From Marsupella aquatica (taxonomy: Eukaryota > Plantae > Marchantiophyta), in the NCBI GenBank assembly GCA_973895155.1, contig OZ316896.1, positions 15,934,576-15,998,575 of the forward strand: a DNA stretch of 64,000 nt. Direction: 5' to 3'. The notes beneath the pieces are model-generated. The model searched no databases. It saw nothing but the letters and a program-made list of their open reading frames with translations, and was not told the DNA's origin. Both the position numbers and the translations under genes were made by a program. Below, piece after piece: positions 26,041 to 40,013 of this stretch (its first letter is position 1; each line of letters opens with the position of its first letter).

Positions 26041-26497
26041 CTATAGGCTATGGGGAAAAAACCGCCTTACCCTGGCCGAGCTTACCTTCACCCGGCTAGC
26101 TCTTTTGCATTTTTTGAACAAGCCTTGCATCAACCAGGGCTGGCCCCTCCCCCTCGCAAGTTTCAACTCCAACTGGGATCCCAACCTTGACGACCTGGCT
26201 GGCTGGGTGCTGCAATTTCCATTAAAAAACGGGGTCCCCCACTCCATAGGGGCCTGATGATCCACCCACTCCCACTTTTCTGAAGGAAAGAGGCCCCAAT
26301 AGTATACATATTTTCCATGTGTAAACAAACCCACATTTGGGCCTATCGCCTGATTCGAGCTGGGTCATTGGGATTTAGAACTCGAGAGGGGACGGGCCAA
26401 CTCTGTTTGGTGCAGGGCTCATTCAAAAAATGGGAAAGAGCTACAGTAGCCCGGGGGGGTGGGGGTAAACTCGGCCAGGGTAAGGCGGAGCCAATAG
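26041..26497. mobile_element. Foldback/MITE with long inverted arms
   Basis: CCGCCTTACCCTGGCCGAG (~26062) and CTCGGCCAGGGTAAGGCGG (~26470) are perfect reverse complements, and imperfect complementarity continues inward for ~130 bp. Confidence 0.75.
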
Positions 26498-28195
26498 TGC
26501 CTTGCCATGTGTTAGTCCACCAATGAAAAATCACCCTGGGTTAACCAAAAATGTTAATGTAACCCATGTATACAATATGGGGGACAACCTAACAATTAAT
26601 TTAGCTCAGTTTGAGAGAAAGGTTAGTAAAAAGCTCTTCCAATAAAAGGTGGAGCACTCAACACCCTTTGTGAAACTCAAGCCCATTCGTGAACCTCTGC
26701 ACTTTACTTTATGATGAGAGCTAAGGTGACCTGTAGCTCTTTATAGGTGCACTTGTGGTTTAATGAAGAAATATTCATATGTTGATTGATAACGTAACTT
26801 GAATGCATTTTAAAGTGTTGACCAAAAGCTTTGGGGTATGGTAATAGCTTGTCTTAAGAGCACATGTTGCTTACCAGGCTCCAAGTCTGTAAACACACTC
26901 TCGTATTACCACAACCGAGCCGAGTCCGGGGATGGTTCACCGAGTGATTTTCTCATCCCATGCTTCGCTCAATCATATCCCAGCTCAGGCCAGGAATCCG
27001 GTCTACACATTTTCATAAGTTTTCGAGTTAAGAGCACAGAGATTGCGGCTCAAGAGACATGAATCAAAGGTACAATCCATTACCAGATCTACTAAAATCC
27101 TGCAATCGAGCAATTCTGGAAGTCCATTGACGAGAGGCGCCACCGAAATTGAATCAAATCCTATCGTCACCAGCGCGGTAAAATACCATAGGGACGATCA
27201 GGTTCGCAAACTCCCTAAGTGCAACGTTAAATTTTTACCTTCAAATTATATCACAATTGCATAGTTTCCTTTTACTTTAAAAACAATCAGGTTTTACAAG
27301 GCATTTGTCAGGATCAGAAGCATTCACTTGCCAGCAGTGAGAACAATGCGGTATTCATTGTGACACCAGGGTGGAATTCCATCCGATGAAGCAGATATCG
27401 TGGGACAGGTCTACGATCTCCGTTCAAGTCCAAAAACTTTTAACAGTGTATTTCTTCCAGGAGCCAAAACAAACAGAGTAATTTCTTCTAGCAGCTAAAG
27501 CAAACACAGTTGACGAGAATCACTGTCGATGGTCGATGGGATCAATCAATTTCGGAGATGGAAAAAAGGACTGATCTACTAGACTGAGATGTTTTTCTAA
27601 AAAGTCCCCCGACATTGTGCCTACTCAAAATTTCGTATGTGCTGCAAAGTCGTATCAGGAAAACAAAATGAAAGCCTCCTCCCCACAATCACACTTTCCT
27701 CTCGGATTGACCGAAGCATGGAAAGTGCTGTCTATTTGTCTGCATGCATGTGTATATCAACGGTAGCTGCCCTACATAAGTTACTAAGTTACACTAACTT
27801 TCCTCTCAACTTTGATGATTGTGGGCAGGAGCCAAAATCGTCACCTCCTCCAAGAGAACCACAAAATGGAGATCTCATAATCAATCGTAGATCTCCTCCT
27901 TTGGCAAGGGATTCAGCTGCATTAATAATGTAAAGAACCTCGCTGTAGAATCCTCTGAGTAAGAGCTTGGATCCACCAGGAAATCCTCCAAGATGGAAGT
28001 TCGCTTCAATCCAGATTCGAACGCTGACAGTTACGACTTCGCACGCCCGGCACGAGAGATCCTTCCATGGCCAATATGACGCCATTCAACAGGTTGACAA
28101 CGCAGATCACGATTTTAAGAAGTGAGATCAGAAGAAAAGAACAGAGATCAGGTGGGATCAGACGATGGGACACAGGCAGATTCTATTCTTGCACA

Positions 28196-29248
28196 CTATG
28201 CTGTGTCTTTCTGTACTTGTTGTTCTGGTTCTCGTCGAGCAGCCTCCTCTTGACGTTTCTGTTGCATCATAACAGCCCAAGAGCCTGGCTTTTTTCGTCA
28301 AAGGTCTGTCTTCAACCCGTCGACCTGAGCCTCCCATTTGGCTCTCCATGCCTGCTTGTTTACAGCCTCCTCATCATCATCCCTGCTAGGCTTCTCCAAC
28401 TGTAGCTCCAACGATTCCTACCCTTATGCAACCCAGAAGTCAAAGCATGCATCGAAAGCCGGTGCCGCAATCGGTAGTCGTAGTCCGCTCTCAAGTCAGG
28501 GTCTGCTAGAACCTCATAAGCCTCCTGCACCTGCAAAACCTTCTTCGTGCATTCGTCTCTCATGGAAGGAGGATTATAGCGCCGCGCCTTCTCCCTACAC
28601 GAAGGCAACGCAAGACGGTCATGAACACCATCAATAAGTCTTCACACTCATTGCATTGATCTTTCGCAATCGCTCAGACGTTCAAATCCTGTATCCGAGA
28701 ATTAATATTGTTAAGTCGATCTTAGACGACGTCACAAATGAGATCTGATGTATGGGAGACGGATATCTTCAAGTTCAATTTTTGCCATCGCTTACAGGTT
28801 CAAATTCTTTCACTGAGACCTATTTTTTCTAGCCGGCCGATCGATTGATCGACCTGCACTGAAGCTCGGAAACAACAGTGCAATCTTGTTATTCCAATTT
28901 GACATCTAGTGGGGTGGGCGAACAAGTTCCTATCCTCTAATGGAGATTGTTAATCTTTTGCCATGGTGTACATGTTCAACTCCTTTTAGGATTACTACTG
29001 AAATTTCATGAGGGCACCGTTCGTCCGAAAGGACATTTGATGGGATAGGGAGAGGAATACCTACCTGTAAGCGCTCTTAATTTCCGTAATGCCAACTTGT
29101 CGAGAGATCCCGAGCAGCTCATACAGAGTGACGCCATAAAGTCAGATGCTGTTGTCATCATAAATAGGTCCATGGTTCGAAATTTCGAGCTTGACAACGG
29201 GTTCGCAGCCCTGAGACCACACGAAGTCGGCAATTTCAACCAAGCCAT
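28196..29248 (-). pseudogene. Chloroplast small J-domain protein (DnaJ J20-like) pseudogene; intron between ~29064 and ~28596
   Basis: Transit-peptide-like MAWLKLPTSCGLRAANPLSSSKFR, then (after a 2-nt frameshift) LYELLGISRQVGITEIKSAYR, intron, EKARRYNPPSMRDECTKKVLQVQEAYEVLADPDLRADYD, and in a shifted frame AWRAKWEAQVDGLK...*...GSWAVMM. HPD motif is absent. Confidence 0.8.
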
Positions 29249-29884
29249 CCCTTCCCAATTCTGCTAAATTTGGGATGCTGCATCCTTCCGAAACACGATA
29301 CAACAAGCAGCAATCCTGATCCATGGCTGTCTCTCACTTCCTGTTGGCAAGTTCTGCCACTAATCCGGTCACATGCTCCGATCGGACTTCTCGTCCGAAG
29401 GCAATTTCCACTTGACAATAAGCTCCCGCTAAGACAAAAGGAAGTGGCCCGAGTCGCCTATCCTGCGAAGCAAAATTCAGCTGCAATACAGGCAATCCAA
29501 TTATGGTGAGCTAATTCCAAGGAATCTAGACTTAACATGAAGCTTTAGCTACGACAACAAGAACTTATCGAAGTCAAAACTATAAAAAAAGAAGCATAGC
29601 AATAACAAACTCGGATAAACCGATTCCGAGGCAGCTAGACAAGTCGAAAAGCTTCAATTGCGGCAAAAGCAACTGACCAAAGTGACCAAACGTATCAAGG
29701 AGCCTCAGCTACATAAAAGGAAATCCAGTTCAGATGAGCTCGGATGACAAGAACCTTTCAATTGGAGAAAAATGGAACTTACGAAGGGTAGACCGAGGTC
29801 GAGTGACTGTGTGGCGAAAGAAAGAAGTTTAGGTCTAGGACAGCCAGCCATCCGACAACTCTGGTTACTATTACGACTGCAAAA

Positions 29885-30082
29885 CTACTTCGGAGGGTCC
29901 TTTGGGGAATCCTTGGAGGCTTTGGCCGCGTTGGCCACATCGAGGAGCAGCTTAATGGCGATCTGGATCAAATAAGCATCCTTCATCTTCCTGTTGGCGA
30001 ACATTCGAGAGTTTTTCGTGGGTTTGACTGCAGGTTTCTTTTGTCCCCCGCTGCCTCCCTTCTTCTTCTTGTCCTCCGCCAT
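29885..30082 (-). CDS. Small basic orphan protein, 65 aa (MAEDKKKKGGSGGQKKP...DSPKDPPK)
   Basis: ACG-ATG-GCG start context (same as the neighbouring glycerol kinase), GC-rich third positions, protein-like composition. No homology recognised. Confidence 0.5.
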   Translation of the reverse strand: MAEDKKKKGGSGGQKKPAVKPTKNSRMFANRKMKDAYLIQIAIKLLLDVANAAKASKDSPKDPPK

Positions 30083-32007
30083 CGTGTTGCAGCTCTTCTG
30101 GACTTCTCTGCTTTGCAGGGCAGAAACGCCCGGAGGAGAGCAGCCAAGGAAACTGGTCAGTTCCGAACCCGAAACCTCGAGCAGAGACTCTGTATTTCTT
30201 CGATGTGCTGCTCGGGATTCTCTCGGTATTTGAGCAATTTGTATCAGGACCTCTCCACGCACCAGCCATGAGCCAAGGTGGGTACCCTAAACTAGTTTAC
30301 CCTACAGACAAGCACAGGTCTGGTTATGCGGTATTTTCTTTGACTTTTTGACTACTGTTGAGTATTTCCTGGCTAAAACTCCCCCATAGTGCTAAATGTG
30401 GTGGTGGCTAATGAAACATAATTTTTGAAATTTCAGCCTCAGTATCTTAGCCTGCCTGCTTTTTAGGTGAATGATTGGCTAAGTTTCACCCACAAAAAAT
30501 GGTTGCCACGCACTCCTGTGCCTGCCATCCACACTTCCACAGTGGGCAAGCCAGAAAGCGTTGCTTGGCAAATGAAGTGGTTTCCCCTTTCTAGTTTACA
30601 GGCCATTCTGGAGCATATTGCCCCGGTGGAATCTGGATCAACTCTTTGGGAAGATTTTCCTCTACTTTGCTAGAGTTGGAAAAACTAGAGGATCTTTCTA
30701 AAGAGGTGATCTTTTCCTGTGTAATGATGAGAAAGGTAGTCTAGTGAGCAGAGTTTTTATGAGGGCAGGATTGTGTTTTAAGAATTCTGGAGAGTTCTGG
30801 CTGCTATTGCACATAGTAGCGAGGATGTGGAATGTGGTGTAATGATGAGAAAGGTAGTCTAGTGAGATCTAGTGAACAAAGAATGATGTACTCTACTATT
30901 TAACGGTATGTAATGTTACTTACCCGGGATTGCATGGTTCACATGCCCAGTCAATGGGAGGATCATTTTCCTCCTCCTACTTTTCAGTTTCATTCTACTG
31001 AATTTTTTGAATTGAATTGAGCAAATGCTCAAACGACTTCCATTTGGACAACCCATGATACGAGAGGATTTTAAATTGCTTTTACATACAGGCCCAACTT
31101 GTACTATTGGCAAGTGGAGAAACATAGTTTGAAAGCACTACTTTCCAATACAGGTAATGGAAGCTCAAATCTCACTTGTCTGCTGTGTGGATTGTTTTGG
31201 ACTAGACCCAGCATTTTTAGAGATTGCTCTCAAGGAGAGAACATGACAAGAACACCTGAAATTCTTCAGCGAATTGAAGTAGACAGTATTTTGGCGACTA
31301 GTAGTAGTGTATTCTGAACCACTACGTTAGACATGGCATTCACATTTAATTTCCTACATAGAGCTTGATTGAACTTAAGAACGTCCACATCGACAAAGAG
31401 GATACTTTAGACAACAACTTTTTAATAAGGGCTTGCAATATTATTTATTTTCGGCAGATGTCTTAGAATCTCCATCTCTTGCACATGCAAAGCATTCTGC
31501 TGGATTTCAAAGGGAAGGGTCAATATATGCTCGAGTGACACCGGTAAATTACTGGAGCTCAGTAAGCTTTGTCGTGCGACAGGTTCCTACAAACTTCAGT
31601 TCTCCAGTTCTGCAGATGGTTCGCAAACACACTAACCCTCCCAAAGGAAATTATGCATTGCTTGCTAACGAGACAACATATGTAGAGTCTCCTAATAAGG
31701 AGATGGATATGATACAGCGAATGTGCTCTTTGAGCCGACGCCCTGGTGTCTTGGCAAGTATGTCCTTATATGGTGGTAACTGCAACTCGCTGAAAGAACT
31801 GCGGAGGACGAGTTGGGTCGCCAACATGTCGTGACTCAGTTGAAACCGTAGAATGACTTAGAACCAAGTAAAACTCTATTCACCACCAAGAACACCCTGG
31901 ACTATCTCAGGGTGTATCAATAAGGTTGTGCTTTTGTCAGCACTTTCAAGGATTGCTCCGAAACAAGTAGATGCCCCCTGGACATCTTCGTGCAACCACA
32001 AAGGTCA

Positions 32008-34797
32008 CTATGCGAGATCAGCTAGGCCAAAGGACCTTTCCACTGCTTTAGTCCAAGACTTGTACCTTTTCTCCCTGTCTTCGGCCCCGGCTTTAGGATA
32101 AAACATGGTTGGCTTGGCGAAATGTCCAGCATCTTCAAAAATTTGTTGCTCAGTCCACACTCCCGTTGCAATGCCAGCTGCGTATGCAGCACCCAACGCA
32201 GTGGTCTCAGGGTCTGCTGGCCGTACAACTGGGCTCCCCAAGATGTCCGCCTGCATTTCAGATAAGCAGGTTGTTAAAGCTCTGTAACTAAGAAAGTAAG
32301 CAGTGATGTGCACGAATTCTGTTACCAAATGAAAGAATTGATAGTCAAGTCTACTGGACCCAACGAGTGAAAAGTCAGTGGAAAACAAGGATCACCTGCA
32401 ACTGCATCAGAAGATTGTTGGTCGTAGCACCTCCATCTACTCTCAGCAAAAACTTATCCCCACTTTCATGGGAGCTGTAGTCGGCTTTCATTGCTGTCAA
32501 TACCTCTCTGGCTTCGAAACAAATACTCTCCAAGACTGCCCGGGTAATGTGGGCTTTAGATGTATAGCGAGAGATCCCTACAAGCACTCCTCGTGCATCA
32601 TCTCTCCACCATGGGGCGAATAATCCACCGAAGGCAGGGACGAAGTAAACTCCTCCAGTGTCTTTCACCGTAGCTGCTAGAGTTTCGGATTCAGAAGCCT
32701 TGGAAATTATCTGGAGATTATCTCGAAGCCACTGCACAGCAGCGCCAGCAATAGCAATTGAACCCTCCAAAGCGTAGTTCGTCGGAGCATTTGCGCCGAG
32801 TTTGAAACCAATGGTGGACAGTAGGCCATGGTTTGAGGGAACAATTTCGTCTCCGGTGTTCAGTAAAATAAAGCACCCAGTTCCGTAAGTACTCTTTGCT
32901 TGTCCTTTCTTGCATTGTTGGCCAAGAATGGCAGCATGTTGATCACCCAGACATCCAGCTAGAGGCACACCTGCAGCTGGCCAGTCTTCCCTGACTTTGC
33001 CCATTATCTCTGCGTTGCTGACTATGCGAGGTAGAATAGCCTCTGGGATATTCAGAGTTTTCAAGCTTGACTTATCCCATTGCAAAGTTCTCAGATCCAT
33101 CAACAGAGTACGAGCTGCATTGGAGCAATCTGTGATATGAAGACCACCATTGACACCACCTGTCAAATTCCAGATGAGCCATGAGTCGATTGTTCCGAAA
33201 AGGGCATCTCCCTTCTCCACAGCTTCTTTCACTTCTGGTACTGATTCCAGGAGCCACATGAGCTTGGTGGCGCTAAAGTAGGTACTTATAGGTAGCCCTG
33301 ACGATTTCACGAAGTGAGCCTGGCCTTCTGGTAGCTCTGTCTCCAAGCGTCTGCACAATTGGAATGCGACATTAATTGCTTCTAAATTATCCAACGATAA
33401 CAGAGAATAGCTCCATCAGCGGTATTTCTAACCGAGAAAGTGATCTTTGAACAACAATACATCTTCTAAGACTAAGTTCTCATTACTTCTGCTGTCGAAA
33501 TGATACAAGCCTCAACTGAGTCCGTGCCAAGAAAGACAAACCTGCAAACAGAAGCGGATCGCACATCCATCCAGACAATGGCATTGTACAGAGGGAGACC
33601 GGTGCTCTTGCTCCAAACAACTGTTGTTTCACGTTGGTTGGTGATTCCGATTGCCTTTAGGCCTTGCTTCACACCGGGATGTGTGGTAACAACTTTGTCG
33701 AGAGTTTCCTTCATACACAGCTTCACCGTGTCTAAGATCTCCAATGGATCATGCTCCACTAACCTGTAAAAGACACGGACAATATTAATGGCAGCCGCTG
33801 GAAAATAACGCCTATCCCTTACTTAACCATGGGATGTTAATAATTCGAAGATAGCACATCGTCAGAACGACACGAAAGCTAGTGATGGCGTCAAGGCAAT
33901 GAAGCCCTTTCTAAAGTGCCCAGTGATGTCTTGTCCAAACTGAAGAACCATAGAAATCTGCATTGGAGTCTCCAGATACCAGCAAGATAAGAAATAGGTT
34001 TATCAGCCTTAGTCTGAGGAGAGTCATCACTACAGGGGAAGGAAAGCACCCGAAACGAGACTGTAAGGGAAGTCCTGTGAACTCTCCAGCTTCCCCTGTC
34101 GTCCACTGCCATAGAATGCCAAGAGGTTCTCAAGTAGTACCATGAATCATTCATCATTTTCATTGGTCCGAGGCTAAGGTGATAGTGAAACAACTTGGGA
34201 GCGACCAAACAATCGATGTATGGTGTAATTGGGACGACAACCAGGAGATGTAGTCGGACCATTCAAAAAGCAACAGGGTAGACAATCCAGCACCTATTAA
34301 GTTAAATGTCCATAATAGTGCAAGCTGAAACATCTCAGAACTCAATTGACACTGTATGAGGACGAAGACATGGTATATTCTGCGGGAGAACAGGTCCTTC
34401 TCTATGGATCGATCAAGGTTATCTAATCAAAAAATGAAAGGTTACTACATAATTGTCGAACAATTTGCAATGAGAGTAGCTCAAAAATATAGCCCATGAG
34501 AACAAGGCTGTCCAATCGCACCGACTGGAGGGATAATAAATAAATTGGCAGAACGCAGAGCTGTTAAAAGGGTCTGCAAAACCTCAAAATTTCACGTTTA
34601 CAAGGCACTCTTTGTATTGCGAACTGCAGAAATGAAAACAAGGGCATCACGAAAGAGAGAACATACCCAGGCTCCGGCATGATCTGCGTGAATTCAACCT
34701 GATGACACGCGATCACCTGGGCCTTATTGTTGTAGAGCATGAAACGGGTGCTCGTGGTGCCCTGATCTATTGCGCCTACGTATGTGCCTTCCGCCAT
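32008..34797 (-). CDS. GLPK: Glycerol kinase (FGGY family; NHO1/GLI1-like), 516 aa. Exons 34797-34667, 33763-33542, 33350-32396, 32250-32008
   Basis: [64 protein letters not shown] motifs; GT-AG introns keep frame (1551 nt). Confidence 0.96.
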
Positions 34798-36466
34798 CGT
34801 TTCCACTCCCTTGGAACCGTAGGTGGTAGTTTTGCAGTAAGTTGTCGAGATCGACAAGCCTCGTCTGAATCTACACTACTTCTGAACGACGTCTCAGTTC
34901 TCTGAGCTGCAGGTCGTCACAGCGCAGGGTTCCGGAAACCAATTTCTCTCCGTCCTCGACCCAGCAAATCAATTTCGCAACCCAGATACAAGGACAACCC
35001 GATTACCGACTTTATAGCAGCTGCTGCTCTAGCGACTCCACCACCTAAGTGTTCTGCGTCAGCTTGTGCAGGCAAGTAGAGACGTGAGACCTCTTCTGCC
35101 TTCGGCCTTTCTGACTACCCAAACCACTCTTAGCCGCGCGTGTGAGACTCACTGTTGCCTTGAAAAATCACACTGAGAGATAGGATGCATCTGGGGAGGC
35201 AGCTCACAACGACCCAGAGGACGACCAAAATCCATGCGATCTGCGCGCAAAAATGGAAGATTAACGGACTCTGAATTGCGCAACGGAGATGAAAGCCAGC
35301 CCTGTCAATCTGCTTGAGATAATAGAGCCGCGGATGGAGTCGCGCTCTTCGAGCTATGGTCTCTGTTCGAGTGCTCAAGCTCGCCTAGTCCCCTGCGATG
35401 GGTCCTCGTTCAGCAAGTCTTCCGAGACATAATTATCTTACATCCATTTTTAGGGGCGGAGGCCAGGGTTCTCAAAGTGCGTTCGCTCTCGTGCACTGTG
35501 GCATTAAATTGCTACAGCGCTCAGCGGTTTCCGCCAAGTGTGCAGACTTCCGCGACTTCCGCTGCTACAGTTGAAAGCTTGCCTGACGTGAGAGCAAAGT
35601 CCGTCGAGAACCAACGCCTATACGTGCAAGAAAACGTTCTACGAGTTATCTCCTACACAAGACTCCCCACAATACACAAGACTTCCCACAATCCCACAGT
35701 TTGTAATCATCTCCTCTGTCATCAATCTCAATCACCCGGTCAATCATCAATGATCTGGCCTCTACTCCAATCTTAGAGCCCCGTACCCTGTCCCGTGGTG
35801 ATCATTTCAGGTTTCCCAACTACTGAAAGAAAGGTACAGGTAGTCAGAGATTTTGTGCGTAAAGTAGTACAGCAGTAGGTCGTCGACTCGTCGTCTCTTC
35901 GATCTCCTCCACCAAACTGACTGTACTCTGTAGCGTAGCTTGAGGGAGACAGCTAGGGCGAAGACTGCTCACGCCACGATAGCGGTTGACCCGCTGACCC
36001 AATCTTCGCCGGAATTGGATATGGTTTTCGGGAACAACAACGAAACCTCGAAATCATCAAAGAAGGACGACGAAGAACAATCGGTCATTCATTTTTTCGT
36101 TTGGAACGAACGAAGCAGAACGGGAATTTAATCAAATCATTGGAAAGCCAGAAACGACGAAGCCGTCCGACACCGATCGCAACGACTCAAGTCTTCTTCT
36201 AGTTACAAGAGTCGACGCACTGCTGACTGCTGTAGTTGTGAACGCAGAGTTCCCTAGTAGTACAGTGCGAGACTACAAGACAATGATCGCCCGGTGCTCG
36301 AAGCAGAGCTCTGGACTATGCTGTCCGTCAAGGCAGTAATAAGGCACCAACGAAGCACGTCGTCAGCACTCGGGCACCAGGTCATTTGACCCGTTTCTCA
36401 TCCATTTCCTTGTTACCCCAAGTAACTGGCCTAATTAGGGTGTTCCAAAGGTGACAAATTGATGCA

Positions 36467-36592
36467 CCTTGACTCACTAGTTATGGGGTAGTGACACAAA
36501 AAGTTGGACTATCAATTCATGGCAGATAACCTTGACTCACTAGTTATGGGGTAGTGACACAAAAAGTTGGACTATCAATTCATGGTAGATAA
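36467..36592. repeat. ~64-bp tandem duplication
   Basis: CCTTGACTCACTAGTTATGGGGTAGTGACACAAAAAGTTGGACTATCAATTCATGG(C/T)AGATAA occurs twice back to back. Confidence 0.85.
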
Positions 36593-39439
36593 CTTTTTCC
36601 CTGGACTAACAATTCATGGTAGATAACTTTTCCCCTAGTATTTATGTCATTACCATATTATAGCATGTTCATCCTGGAACATGTTTTATTTTTTGTCTTG
36701 CAGTGATCTGAAAGTAAATAAGATATGAGAGCATAGAGTGTCTGCCAAGAAAAGGTACAATCAAACTATGCTACTATGTGTGCACTTAACTCAAGGTGCC
36801 TTATGAATGACACCCATTTCAATAAAAACCTTAAACCTAAGAAAAAAAAACATGAGGAGAACTTAAGAGACTATGTATTCATGTTCTTCAGCATCATTAC
36901 TCTCACTCGTGGTGGTGGAGCCTTTGGTTTCATCTCTAAGAAAACACATACTGTGAAAGGGGGTTGCCAAAATAAGTTCAAAACATTCTAGAATACCTAA
37001 AACTAAAGGGGTCTAAAACTTAATTAAAAATGTATAGAATACAAAGGCTGCCCTTGATAAGGCAAATTGAAATGAAAATACATGACACCAAAATCTGAAA
37101 TGTGCATTCACCATATAGCAGCTTCAAAAAAAATTTCCCGTAGTATTTATGTCATTACCATTAGACTATGTAGAGATGGATGAATGGGGGAAAAAGATTA
37201 CATACTCTTGTTAAAAAAATTATGAACATTTTTTTTTATGACCTAATGCAATCATCCCTTAAATTTGAGGTTTTTCGTTTTCACCAGGTGTACTATGTCT
37301 CACCAGGTGTACTATGTCACCTTGAGAAAAAATATGCTGATTATAATTGGTATGTACTGTAGCTTTTATTGGGTAATATTTGACCCACAGATCTCCAAAG
37401 TCTCCTAGATTTAAGCATAAGCATTCCATTGGGGATAGTGGGTCCCACTGCCTACTGTAAGACAAAAACCATAGCGGACATATGGATCGATGTCACCTTG
37501 AGCGCGAAGATGCTCAGTACATTCTTTATCTCGCTTTTATTGCTTAATATTTGATCTCTGTAATGTCCCAGATTTACGCACAACCATTACATTCAGGTTA
37601 AAAGGGTCCCACTGGCTAATGGAAGACAAAAACCCTAGCTGAACAAATGGAGAACTTTTGCAGGGAGGTGGAATGTAGCCAATTCTCACTGCTAAAATAG
37701 AAGCTGGAAGTAACTAATGTAGACGGGTAAATTGTTTCCAACAAGTTACAGTCCCTAAATTAATTTTTGGATGGACCACTCCAGTGAACTTGCAATTGGG
37801 ATCGCCATGGAGCTACTGAAAGAAAAAACATGGATTTGGTACCAAGTGTGCTATCTCAGGACAAAAAAATAATATTATGATCCAGTCGGGCACTGTGTAA
37901 AATGTTCAGGTCTATGATGCTCAACTACTTTGTACTGTTCTAGACCCAGAAAGAAAAGAAGAAAGAGACGTCAAAGGACTCCTCGTTTTGAGGGAGTGGT
38001 GGGTGGTTTGGTACAAAGTAGTTGGATAGGCTTTAAAAGCGTGTCAACTAGTGGCGTTAAGACTTATGGATGCAGGGCAACTACAGTATCTACATTCGTG
38101 TAAAGCTTCTACTACGGGTGTCATTTGGGGCTTTTTAATAATTATGCTTTCAAAGCTTGTCAGCTCTGGGGCGATTGATTGTTTATTACTTTATTAGGCT
38201 TTCAGAGCTTGTCAGCAGGGCCGCTGGGGGGATATATTTTAATGCTATCAAAGCTTGGGGGCGATGGGGGCGAAAAGCAATCATTGCAAATCAGTATAAA
38301 AAATTAATAACTCGAAGGAGTAAGCCTAAAATTGACATGTGATTCTTGTTGCCCAGTACGTAATTTTATATTAATGCAATCTACTTTAAGTAAGGAAGAA
38401 TGATATGGATTGAGCCAATTAAAAAGAATTCCAAACATTGCTATATGGTGAACGAGACTTTTCTTAGTTTTGATTTATTTTTAGCATAAATTATAATACT
38501 AATATGCCTTTACAGGAAGACTTTCATCAGAATAATGACACACCAAACCCATTTTGCATAAAAACAATCCACCATTTTTGAGTGTAATTTAAACCTTTAA
38601 AGAAAATTAACATTTTAAGGAAGAAAAATATGTATTATCAGATTTTTGGTCTAAATCAATCCAGGCTTACAATGTAAGGGTAGGCTAACAAGCACTGGAA
38701 TTTCTTTTGACAATCACAATAGGGCTTAGGCTAGGCTTGGACTAACAATGTGTAGAATTTTTTTTCTTCTATCACAACAAGGCTCAGACTAGCAATGCCA
38801 GATAATTTTTTCCACGCAAACATATTTATTGCATTATTTTTTATTTTTTATTTTCACAAAGGGCAGCACCAATGAACTGTATTAATGCCTAGAATACAAT
38901 AGCCAAAACAAACCCGTCTAAGAGGAGATAGGGACAGAACAAAATATAACAAAGATGCTAGAAGAGGGAGCACCCCCCAGAGAAAAGAGAAAGGTCGAAC
39001 CCGACCAGTCCGCCTAGAGGAGGAGGCAAAAAAGGGAGGAAGAGAGTACCCTAGAAGCAAAAAACCGTCACCAAGAATAAAATATTCAAACCTGAACCAA
39101 GAGTTGCAACCAAACCAATTTATATTCGAACTCGCCATGAAACTCGCCTAACACCATTCCCCATGCTTGCCAACAACTTCGCAAAACTCTTGATAGCCCG
39201 CATTGCAACGCATCTTACCACAACCATGATAACATGCATGATGTCGATTATATGTCAACCTGGTGTGACCTAGATTCATCCAAAAATAGATGCAATTCCA
39301 AACCTCAAATTTGTTGTCACCCACTTTCCAACCCCATATGAGGCACTCGAGCCATCTGACAAGCTACCACCTAATCCGGAGGAGAGGAGCAATTTCATCA
39401 GTTATCAGTGACTGATACCAGTCATCGATATTTTTTTGG

Positions 39440-39885
39440 AAAATCTCAAAGACCTCTCCGAGATTGATCCTTTTTTTTAATCAATCTCGAAGGCCTCTTC
39501 GAGATTGACGTCATATTTTGTGTCAATCTTGGAGGCATCTCCGAGATTGGTCAGCAATGTCTCTAAGAATTGTTGGAATCTCAAATAGCCTCTCCAAGAT
39601 GGGATCATTTAAGGTTGGAATCTCGAAGGGGCTCTCCGAGATGGGATCATTTAAGGTTGCAATCTTGGAGAGCCTCTCCAAGATGAGATCAACACTGGGC
39701 TAGAATCTCAGAGAACCTCTTCGACATGGGATCATTCAAGGTTGGAATCTTGGAGAGACTCTCTGACATAGGATCAACACTGAGTTGGGATCTCAAAGAG
39801 ACTCTCCGAGATGAGATCAACACTAAGTTGGGATCTCGAAGAGCCTCTCCGAGATGGGATCAACATCATTTGGAATCTTGAATAT
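39440..39885. repeat. Array of ~38-39-bp subterminal repeats
   Basis: Recurring GGAATCTCGAAGAGCCTCTCCGAGATGGGATCA; a related motif recurs at 41720-41930. Confidence 0.85.
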
Positions 39886-40013
39886 TTCTTATTATGAAAG
39901 GATACAAAATTAGATCGTTCTATCCACTAACACTAAACATCTTTAAGATGCATTCACCCTGAGCCTACTACATCTGACACCAGTTTTCTAATCTCGCTAA
40001 GTGTCAAGATTGG

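Noticed and set aside
31433-31834. 133-aa plus-strand ORF
   Set aside because: Non-ATG start, antisense to the glycerol kinase downstream region, no motif.
39440-39885. Regularly spaced repeats as a CRISPR-like array (also 44615-44880)
   Set aside because: Units are contiguous tandem repeats without unique spacers, there are no cas genes, and the context is eukaryotic.
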